From the NCBI RefSeq assembly GCF_000022265.1, contig NC_011979.1, positions 3,480,001-3,512,000 on the forward strand: 32,000 bases of DNA, written 5' to 3'. Position numbers and translations under genes: made by a program. This document shows, one piece after another, positions 8,115 to 15,431 of the stretch (positions are counted from its first letter, which is position 1; every line of letters begins with the position of its first letter). The DNA is from Geotalea daltonii FRC-32. Its GTDB lineage: Bacteria > Desulfobacterota > Desulfuromonadia > Geobacterales > Geobacteraceae. Below the pieces are notes generated by a model. The model was given only the letters and a program-made list of their open reading frames with translations. It was not told the DNA's origin and searched no databases.

Positions 8115-9575
8115 TCAAGATGATAAATTCGTAATATCGGCGCGGGGGAATAAAAGGGTAATGGAGGTTCCTCTGCCAGGCTCGCTTTCAACTTTGATCG
8201 ATCCCCCATGTAGATCCATGATGGATTTGACGATGGCAAGGCCGAGGCCGGTACCCTCCTTGTTCATATGGCGGGTGGAATCCACACGGTAGAATCGGTC
8301 CGTGATGTTCGGCAGATCGGCCTTTGAGATACCACAACCGGTATCTCTTACAGTAACCTCGATGGAACGGTTTGGCGCCTGTCTGGTCGAGATGCTGACG
8401 CTGCCTCCTGCCTCGGTATAATGGAGGGAATTGGAAATGAGATTGCTGACCGCACGGCGGAACAAGGTCCGGTCGGCATAGAGAGTGGCATTATTGAGGC
8501 AGGAGATATTTATTCCTTTATCTTCGGCGACCGGCTGGTAGTATTCGATGATCTCCCCTACCTCACGGCAGATGTCGATCTCCTCTCGGGACAGGTCTGG
8601 TTTTTGGACATCGGTGCGGGCAATGAACAGAAGACTGTCGATTATGCGTGAAAGCCGGTCGTATTCCTCCAGATTTGATTCTATTACCCGCCGGTAATCG
8701 TTGGTTGTTCTTGATTTTGTCAGGGCAACCTCAGCCTCTCCCATGAGAACGTTGATCGGAGTCCGAAGCTCATGGGCCAGGTTGGACACATAACTGGAAA
8801 GGCGGACAAAGGAATCCTGCAGGCGGTCGAGCATCTCATCGAGGGCAATGGCAAGAGCCTTTACCTCCTCGGGCCAGTGTCCCAGCGTCACCCGTTCGTC
8901 CAGATTGTGGGCTGTAATGGATGATGTTCTCTGGGCAATCTCCGTTAGCGGACAAAGCCCCCGTTTCACAGTCAGCACAGCCAGTGCCAGGGAAACGAAC
9001 GTGCCAATAAAGACGACCAACAGCAGGACATTACGAAAATCGGAAAATATCTGCTCAATGTAGGTCACATCAAGGGCGATTTGCAATACTCGCCCATCTT
9101 GAGCTTTGCCTTGCTCAAGAAGTACCGAGCGCAAAAGGTAGACCTCTTCTCTGCTGTTTTTCCACTGTATCGATCGGACATTCCCTGGACGAGAGGGGGG
9201 TGGGAATACTTTTGCAGGTATCTTTGCGTCCATACCATATGTCTGCAACAGCACCATGCCTTGCTGATCAAGGATCCGCCCGTAAGATTTCATGGATTCA
9301 CGGGCTGCGTATCCCACCTCCAGTTTCCGGGCAAGCGCCTTCAGGTCGGTGTCAGCTCTGCTGAGCAGTTGGATGGTGTTGATCTCATCCTGTAGATATT
9401 TATTGCTCTGGCGTTCGGTGATGTTAACCAGGCCCCAGTGGACAAAGGCCGCAGACATGTTGAGAATGACAAAGGCCGACAATGCATAGTGCAGCGTCAA
9501 TCTTCGCGAGAGGGACCAGGATCTTGAATGGTTCCTGCCGGCTCCACTGGAATCCTTACCGCTCTTCGAGGACAT
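8115..9575 (-). CDS. Sensor histidine kinase, heavy-metal sensor (CusS/CzcS-like) type
   Basis: The N-terminus RSWSLSRRLTLHYALSAFV is CusS-like. Two TM segments bracket a periplasmic loop. H-box LAHELRTPI; ATPase boxes (ISNSLHYT, RDTGCGI, GTGLGLAIVKSI). It overlaps the regulator gene by 20 nt. Confidence 0.85.
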   Translation of the reverse strand: MSSKSGKDSSGAGRNHSRSWSLSRRLTLHYALSAFVILNMSAAFVHWGLVNITERQSNKYLQDEINTIQLLSRADTDLKALARKLEVGYAARESMKSYGRILDQQGMVLLQTYGMDAKIPAKVFPPPSRPGNVRSIQWKNSREEVYLLRSVLLEQGKAQDGRVLQIALDVTYIEQIFSDFRNVLLLVVFIGTFVSLALAVLTVKRGLCPLTEIAQRTSSITAHNLDERVTLGHWPEEVKALAIALDEMLDRLQDSFVRLSSYVSNLAHELRTPINVLMGEAEVALTKSRTTNDYRRVIESNLEEYDRLSRIIDSLLFIARTDVQKPDLSREEIDICREVGEIIEYYQPVAEDKGINISCLNNATLYADRTLFRRAVSNLISNSLHYTEAGGSVSISTRQAPNRSIEVTVRDTGCGISKADLPNITDRFYRVDSTRHMNKEGTGLGLAIVKSIMDLHGGSIKVESEPGRGTSITLLFPRADITNLSS

Positions 9576-10227
9576 AACCCACTCCCCGCACCGTATGGAT
9601 CAGCTTTTTCTCGAAGGGATCATCCACCTTCGCCCGAAGACGGCGCATATGCACGTCAACCACGTTGGTATCGCTTTCAAAGTCAATATCCCAGATACGC
9701 TCGGCAATGCGCACCCTGGTCAGGACCTCACCTGAACGCCGGGCAAGGAGGGATATCAGGGCAAATTCTTTAGGGGTGAGGTCCAGCCTTTTCCCGCCCC
9801 GGGTCACACGGTGTCCCATGAGGTCGATCTCCAGATCGCCAATGGTTATCAATTCCTGGGTCCTCACCGGCCCGCGCCGGAGGATTGTCCGGATGCGAAC
9901 AAGCAGTTCGGAGAAAGCGAACGGCTTCACCAGGTAATCGTCCGCTCCCAGTTCAAGCCCCTTTATGCGGTCCTGGATCGCATCACGTGCCGTAAGAAAG
10001 ATAATGGGGGTATCCTTTTTCAGCTTCCGGATCCTGCTGATGATTTGCCAGCCATCCAGCCCCGGGAGCATCACATCCAGAATGATAATGTCGTATTCCC
10101 TGGTCAGGGCAAGATCCAGTCCTTCAAACCCTTCGTTGGCAACATCGGCAGTGTAGCCGCTTTCACGCAAGCCTTTCCTGATAAAGGCAGCCGTTTTCAC
10201 TTCATCTTCTATGACAAGTATTCGCAT
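9556..10227 (-). CDS. OmpR-family response regulator, CusR/CopR-like
   Basis: Receiver domain MRILVIEDE...IILDVMLPGLDGW...FLTARD...GADDYLVKPF plus a winged helix (LTPKEFALISLL...VDVHMRRLRAKVD), nearly colinear with CusR as I remember it. I set the start at the second ATG (10227), which is preceded by GAGGAG; the longest ORF begins at 10239. Confidence 0.9.
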   Translation of the reverse strand: MRILVIEDEVKTAAFIRKGLRESGYTADVANEGFEGLDLALTREYDIIILDVMLPGLDGWQIISRIRKLKKDTPIIFLTARDAIQDRIKGLELGADDYLVKPFAFSELLVRIRTILRRGPVRTQELITIGDLEIDLMGHRVTRGGKRLDLTPKEFALISLLARRSGEVLTRVRIAERIWDIDFESDTNVVDVHMRRLRAKVDDPFEKKLIHTVRGVGYVLEER

Positions 10228-10399
10228 CAGGCTCCTCATTTAATTTCTCTTAAAGTCTATCCACATGGCTTTACAAAGCAAGATCTCTCGGAAGACCGCC
10301 CGATGCAGCTGTTCAATTAAGATTAAAGTTGGAAATAAAACAACCGATAAAGGTTCTAGCGAGTTGTCTCTAAAAATTGAATTTTTTTGCGGAGGTCAC

Positions 10400-10900
10400 A
10401 TGTCGGAAATAGTCCCCATTTCCCAAGCAGAGCAGAAAAAAAATGAAATCATCCAAATGGTAACATTTGCTTTGGAGCGGGAAGAGTATGGAGTGGAAGT
10501 TCTGAGCGTCCGTGAGATCATTCGCATGCCCGAGCTGACCAAGATGCCCAATGCTCCCCATTATGTGGAAGGGGTCATCAACCTGAGGGGCACGGTCATT
10601 CCGGTCATATCGCTGCGGAAGCGGTTCAATCTGGATGACCATGACCATGACCGCAACTCACGTATTCTGGTCATGGAACTCAGGGGAGGCAATCTCACCG
10701 GTTTCATAGTCGATTCAGTGGCCGAAGTGATCCGCATTCAGAAGAGCTCGATTCAGCCTGCGCCGGACGTGGCTCACCAGGATGGCATGCAGGATTGCAT
10801 CACCGGCATCCTCGATCACAACAACCGGCTGCTGATACTCCTGGACCTGAACTTGCTCTTTGCCGACGAAGAACATGAAGAGCTGTTGGCCGTGATGTAA
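10400..10900 (+). CDS. cheW: CheW-like chemotaxis coupling protein (orphan)
   Basis: Single CheW domain: VTFALEREEYGVEVLSVREII...VEGVINLRGTVIPVISLRKRF...GFIVDSVAEV. The ATG at 10400 is preceded by GGAGG with a 5-nt spacer; the track ORF extends to 10265. Confidence 0.85.
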   Translation: MSEIVPISQAEQKKNEIIQMVTFALEREEYGVEVLSVREIIRMPELTKMPNAPHYVEGVINLRGTVIPVISLRKRFNLDDHDHDRNSRILVMELRGGNLTGFIVDSVAEVIRIQKSSIQPAPDVAHQDGMQDCITGILDHNNRLLILLDLNLLFADEEHEELLAVM

Positions 10901-10964
10901 TCCAGGTAAAAAGATCAGGTTGGCCGTGTTGACTCTCCATGGGAACCATGATAGAGGTGGGACC

Positions 10965-12227
10965 ATGGACGAGCAGCAAAAAGAAATTCCCTTTGGCGAC
11001 CGCATCATCATGCATGTGGATATGAACGCCTTTTTCGCCTCGGTGGAACAGCAGAACGACCCTCGCCTCCGGGGTAAACCGGTGGCGGTGGTCGGCTCAT
11101 CAAAAAGAACCATCGTCACCACCTGCTCCTATGAAGCCCGTGCTTTTGGCGTAAAAACCGGCATGGCGCTCTGGGAGGCAAAAAGCTGCTGTCCGAATCT
11201 GATTCTGGTGGTGGGGAAAAACAGGGAGTATACCCGTATTTCCTCCCTGATCATGAAGCTCATGTATGACTTTACGCCACTGGTGGAAACCTTTTCCATC
11301 GACGAAGCCTTCCTGGACATCTCCGGTTCACTCTCCCTGTTCGGCACTCCGGAAAATATCGCTTCCCTGCTTAAAGCCCGCATTGGGGACCAATTCGGCC
11401 TGACCTGTTCCATCGGCATTGCTCCGAACAAGCTTCTGGCAAAGCTTGCCTCCGACATGCAAAAACCGGACGGGCTGACCGTGATCAAGCCTGCCGAAGT
11501 GGCCCTGACCATGGATCGAACCCCGATCAGGGATATGTGCGGCATCGGCAAAAAGACCGAAAAAAGCCTGACCATGCTCGGCATTCGCACCTGCGGAGAC
11601 CTGGGACGATTTCCGGTCAAGCTCCTCAGGCAGAAATTCGGCATTGTGGGGGAAGCTCTGCACCTCATGGGGTTGGGTGTGGATGACTCACCGGTGGTTC
11701 CCCAGGAAGAGTCCGACCTGGTCAAATCGGTGGGGCACAGCATGACCCTGGAGAAGGACCTGGAGAAAAGGGAGGATATCCTCAGGTATCTCCTGCAGCT
11801 TGCCGAAATGGTCGGCAGAAGGATGCGGCGCTATGGGGTGGCCGGCAAAACCGTCTGCCTCTCCGTACGCTATGCGGATTTCTTCACCAATTTTTCCCGG
11901 CAATTGACACTGCCGGAATATACCAACCTGAGCGCAGAAATATACCGGGGGGCGGTGACCCTTTTGGACAGTGTCGAACTGACCCAGCCGGTACGCCTCC
12001 TGGGGGTGAAACTTTCCAACCTGCGCCATCAGGACGAGCAGCTTCCCCTATTTGAAGGTGAACGGAAAAAAGCCCATCTGGCCAAGGCCATGGACGAAGT
12101 AAACAGCCGCTTCGGGGAGTTTTCCGTCACCTACGGCACCCTTCTAACCGTTGAAGGAAAGAAAGGGTCATTCGTTATCTCGCCGGCCTGGCGACCACAG
12201 GGGATCAGGAAGGTGGACGTGGAATAG
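10965..12227 (+). CDS. dinB: DNA polymerase IV (Y-family translesion polymerase)
   Basis: IIMHVDMNAFFASVEQ, VTTCSYEARAFGV and FSIDEAFLD catalytic motifs, and GIGKKT in the thumb/HhH region. ATG at 10965 follows GAGGTG; the track ORF begins at TTG 10920. Confidence 0.9.
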   Translation: MDEQQKEIPFGDRIIMHVDMNAFFASVEQQNDPRLRGKPVAVVGSSKRTIVTTCSYEARAFGVKTGMALWEAKSCCPNLILVVGKNREYTRISSLIMKLMYDFTPLVETFSIDEAFLDISGSLSLFGTPENIASLLKARIGDQFGLTCSIGIAPNKLLAKLASDMQKPDGLTVIKPAEVALTMDRTPIRDMCGIGKKTEKSLTMLGIRTCGDLGRFPVKLLRQKFGIVGEALHLMGLGVDDSPVVPQEESDLVKSVGHSMTLEKDLEKREDILRYLLQLAEMVGRRMRRYGVAGKTVCLSVRYADFFTNFSRQLTLPEYTNLSAEIYRGAVTLLDSVELTQPVRLLGVKLSNLRHQDEQLPLFEGERKKAHLAKAMDEVNSRFGEFSVTYGTLLTVEGKKGSFVISPAWRPQGIRKVDVE

Positions 12228-12531
12228 CTGCTGGTAGGGCTCCTGCAACATGAGAACTTTTTTCATAACAGAGCGACAAAAAGTGTCAAGTTTGGGCTGA
12301 AATCGCCGATAAGCAGATCATCTTCCTTTTTCGAGAAAAACTCCCTGTGTCGCACTTCCCATACATTTAACCAAGGCCCATCAGGGTTCTGACCACCCTC
12401 CTCCACCAGATCCGATTGTTTTGTATCTATCCGGAAACATCATGGGAAACCATTGAGTTTGAAGGCGGAATACTGTTCTGCCATCATCAGCCACAGCATT
12501 GGGTATGGTGCTTGCAAAACTGGGAGTCTCC

Positions 12532-13371
12532 ATGAAGATATATAAACTTGTTCAAATCATAAAAAAAATCCACGTCCCGCTCACCATCATGGTCGTGCCG
12601 CATTCCAGGGGCTGCTCCCGCAGCATCAGGATACCGTTCATTGTGGCCGTCCTTTGCTGCTGCATGTCCGTAGTCGGCGGTGTATACACCGTATCCCTGA
12701 CCATCGAGGCATTCAACTACCAGCAACTGAAAAAGCGATATGCCGGTATTTCCAGTGAAGTCTCGGAAATGCGCTCGACGATGATCTCCCTCAAGGAATC
12801 GGAAGCTCAGCTCAAGCAGCTTGTTTCCCTTGGCTCACGCAGTAAAATCCTGAAGAATCTCGACACCTCCGAAAGCGGTTCCATAGATATCGAGGAACTG
12901 AAGAGCCAGGTTGCAAAATCCATGGATACGGTCAAGGAAATCAAATCATACCTGCGCAAGGAACGTGTCACGGACCTGGCAACACCCCAGGGATGGCCTG
13001 CTTCCGGGCGCGTCAGCTCGCTTTTCGGCAACCGTGAGCATCCCCTTTATGGAATAAGGAAATTCCACTCCGGAGTGGATATTTCCCTTCCCACCGGCAC
13101 CCCGTTGCATGCCACCGCCGATGGTGTCGTCAGTTTTTCGGGCAGGGCTGCCAACAACGGCAACATCACCGTCGTCGAACATGGTTTGGGATACAGCACC
13201 ATCTACGCCCATAACTCTAGAAACCTGGCCCGTGCCGGGCAGACGGTAAAGCGGGGAGAGGTCATCGCCTATGCCGGGTCAACCGGGGCTTCCACCGGCC
13301 CCCATGTCCACTACGAGATCTGGAAAAACGGCCAGAGCATAGATCCCATGCCATTTCTGAAGCGCAACTGA
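12532..13371 (+). CDS. M23 family metallopeptidase (LytM-type) with N-terminal membrane anchor and coiled coil
   Basis: HSGVDISLPTGTPLHATADGVV ... GPHVHYEI supply the HxxxD and HxH zinc ligands. There is an N-terminal TM (IPFIVAVLCCCMSVVGGVY). ATG at 12532 follows GGGAG; the track ORF starts at TTG 12499. Confidence 0.85.
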   Translation: MKIYKLVQIIKKIHVPLTIMVVPHSRGCSRSIRIPFIVAVLCCCMSVVGGVYTVSLTIEAFNYQQLKKRYAGISSEVSEMRSTMISLKESEAQLKQLVSLGSRSKILKNLDTSESGSIDIEELKSQVAKSMDTVKEIKSYLRKERVTDLATPQGWPASGRVSSLFGNREHPLYGIRKFHSGVDISLPTGTPLHATADGVVSFSGRAANNGNITVVEHGLGYSTIYAHNSRNLARAGQTVKRGEVIAYAGSTGASTGPHVHYEIWKNGQSIDPMPFLKRN

Positions 13372-13410
13372 ATTTCATGAAGCCCCTGCATCAACGAAAG
13401 GAGCAAATAC

Positions 13411-13782
13411 ATGTTCAGCAAGAAACATTCTAAACTTGAAGTGGTCATCGGTGCCGAAACCGTCATCAAGGGAGAAATCTCCTCCAAAGGAACGGTGAGG
13501 ATCGATGGCAGACTTGAGGGAGACATCACTGCAGATTGCGTTATAATCGGCGATTCCGGCTCGATTGTCGGAGATGTGGCAGCCAAGACCTTTATCGCAG
13601 GAGGCAAGCTTCACGGCAACGTCCGCTCCAGTGAAAGCGTTGAAATACTCCCCCGCGGAGAAATAAACGGCGACATCATGACAGCGAGACTTTCGGTTGC
13701 CGAAGGGGCAATGTTCGAGGGCCATTCCATGATGCAGAAGAATCACAATCTTGAGTACAAGCCGGTGGAAGTACTCCAGTAA
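13411..13782 (+). CDS. Bactofilin (polymer-forming cytoskeletal protein, DUF583)
   Basis: 123 aa with a repetitive beta-helical pattern (VIKGEISSKGTVRIDGRLEGDITADCVIIGDSGSIVGDVAAKTFIAGGKLHGNV..) typical of bactofilins. AAAGGAG Shine-Dalgarno (SD) upstream. Confidence 0.85.
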   Translation: MFSKKHSKLEVVIGAETVIKGEISSKGTVRIDGRLEGDITADCVIIGDSGSIVGDVAAKTFIAGGKLHGNVRSSESVEILPRGEINGDIMTARLSVAEGAMFEGHSMMQKNHNLEYKPVEVLQ

Positions 13783-13811
13783 AGGGATAGCGATAATTCG
13801 ACGGAGTTGAG

Positions 13812-14765
13812 ATGACAGAAGATCCTTCGCCAGGACAGGGACTCCCCCCCAAGCTACCCAGTATCTGGGCTGTTGGTGGCGGTAAGGGGGGGGTCGGAAA
13901 GTCCGTGATCGCCACCAATCTCGGTGTGGCCGTGGCACGAATGGGTCTGAACTGTGTGCTGGTAGATGCGGACCTTGGCGGCGCGAATCTGCACACCATG
14001 CTGGGAGTATCGGCTCCAAAGGCAAGTCTTGCCAGCATCTTCAACCACGAATCCGCATCGCTCAGTGATATTCTCACCCCCACCGGCGTTCCCAACCTTA
14101 ACCTTATCAGCGGGGCACAGGCGCTGCTGGATATGGCCAACCCCAAGCACACACAGAAGCTCAAACTGATCCGCCAGCTAATATCCATGGATGCCGACGT
14201 GATCGTGTTGGATTTAAGCGCCGGGTCATCTTTCAATGTGCTTGATTTCTTCAATACCGCCCATGATCCCATCATGGTCGTTGTCCCCACCCCCACATCC
14301 ATTGAGAATGCCTACCATTTCCTCAATGCCGCTCTCCACCGCCGTTTCATGCAGGCTGTGGCAAAAGCCGAAGTGACCGAACTGGCAAGAAAGGCCCTTG
14401 CCGACAAAAATGCCCACGGCCTCCGTTCGCCCCGTGAATTGCTGCGTTATCTTTGCCAGGAGCATCCCGATGCCGGATCGACCATAGGCAGCATAATGGC
14501 CAGCCTGCGTCCCAAACTCATTGTCAATCAGGTACGCCGTGAGGAAGACATGCAGCTGGGCGACCAGATTGCCGATGCCTGCCGTGATTTCTATGGCGTG
14601 AGACTGGAAAATCTGGGGGGGCTCCGCAATGATGATCGGGTAATATCCTCGATACTAGCCAGAAAGCCTCTGCAGTCGTCCCAGCCTGGCTGCCAGTTCT
14701 CCACGGCCATAGAGGGAATGGCCATGCGACTTGTTAACCATGACAGGGAGGCGCAGCATGAATGA
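13812..14765 (+). CDS. ParA/MinD-family P-loop ATPase
   Basis: Deviant Walker A GGGKGGVGKS, then VLVDADLGGANL, and Walker B VIVLDLSAG. GGAG SD upstream. The stop overlaps the start of the next gene. Confidence 0.85.
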   Translation: MTEDPSPGQGLPPKLPSIWAVGGGKGGVGKSVIATNLGVAVARMGLNCVLVDADLGGANLHTMLGVSAPKASLASIFNHESASLSDILTPTGVPNLNLISGAQALLDMANPKHTQKLKLIRQLISMDADVIVLDLSAGSSFNVLDFFNTAHDPIMVVVPTPTSIENAYHFLNAALHRRFMQAVAKAEVTELARKALADKNAHGLRSPRELLRYLCQEHPDAGSTIGSIMASLRPKLIVNQVRREEDMQLGDQIADACRDFYGVRLENLGGLRNDDRVISSILARKPLQSSQPGCQFSTAIEGMAMRLVNHDREAQHE

Positions 14766-15270
14766 ATCCTACGAAATCCTGGGCCTGAATTCAGGTGCGG
14801 ACCGCTCTGAAGTCAAACGTGCTTACCAACGGCTCAGGGATCTTTATTCACAGGACTCTCTGGCAATTTACTCACTGGTAAATGAATCAGAAAGGAAAGG
14901 CCGACTGGAACAGATAGAATCAGCCTATCAGGGCATCCTGACTTTTCTGCGGCAGCGAAAGGATAAAGAGGAGAATGATTTCGCCGAGGATTCTCCATCA
15001 GCCTCCATGCCAGACCCTGAGGTGGCGACCGGGGCCTACCTTCGCTGGGCGCGTGAGCAGGCAGGACTTTCCATAAGACAACTGGCGGATCGAACCAAAA
15101 TAAGCTCAGGCAAGCTGGAAGATATTGAATCAGAGCGGATCGACCATCTCCCCCCTCCGGTCTACCTGCGGGGCTTTGTCTTTGAATTTGCCCGCAGTCT
15201 GGGCCTTGCCAATGCCTTTCAGCTTTCGGAATTATACCTGCGGCGAGTATCTGCAGACCCGCGCGATTGA
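14758..15270 (+). CDS. J-like domain protein fused to a RodZ-like (XRE-type) helix-turn-helix
   Basis: The N-terminus YEILGLNSGADRSEVKRAYQRLRDLY is J-domain helix I/II, but the HPD position reads SQD. The C-terminus YLRWAREQAGLSIRQLADRTKISSGKLEDIESE...VYLRGFVFEFARSLGL resembles the RodZ N-terminal HTH. ATG at 14758 follows GGGAGG; the track ORF starts at 14731. Confidence 0.7.
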   Translation: MNESYEILGLNSGADRSEVKRAYQRLRDLYSQDSLAIYSLVNESERKGRLEQIESAYQGILTFLRQRKDKEENDFAEDSPSASMPDPEVATGAYLRWAREQAGLSIRQLADRTKISSGKLEDIESERIDHLPPPVYLRGFVFEFARSLGLANAFQLSELYLRRVSADPRD

Positions 15271-15322
15271 GGCTGCGGCCTTGCCTTTCCTTGTTCTTTG
15301 CCCTTACTTCTCCATCCTGAAC

Positions 15323-15362
15323 AAAAAATAGCCCCCGGCTTCCCGGGAGCTATTTCGTTTTC
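15323..15362. terminator. Bidirectional rho-independent terminator between convergent genes
   Basis: AAAAAATAGCCCCCGG-CTTC-CCGGGAGCTATTTCGTTTT: a GC-rich stem with an A-run on one side and a T-run on the other. Confidence 0.7.
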
Positions 15363-15431
15363 AAGGTATGACGCGCTGCTTATCAGAACCTATCCGACAA
15401 CGACCACTCTATTTTCATGGAGATATTCAAC

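Noticed and set aside
12228-12531. A 300-nt non-coding gap between dinB and the M23 gene; inspected for an sRNA, riboswitch or terminator.
   Set aside because: Only weak, short inverted repeats were found, with no convincing hairpin plus T-run or conserved RNA core. It is probably just promoter/5' UTR. I cannot exclude an sRNA without a covariance or expression search.
13375-14302. Minus-strand ORFs 13375..14025 (216 aa) and 13676..14302 (208 aa).
   Set aside because: They overlap the bactofilin and ParA-like genes, which have clear family motifs and SDs. The minus-strand products are low-complexity.
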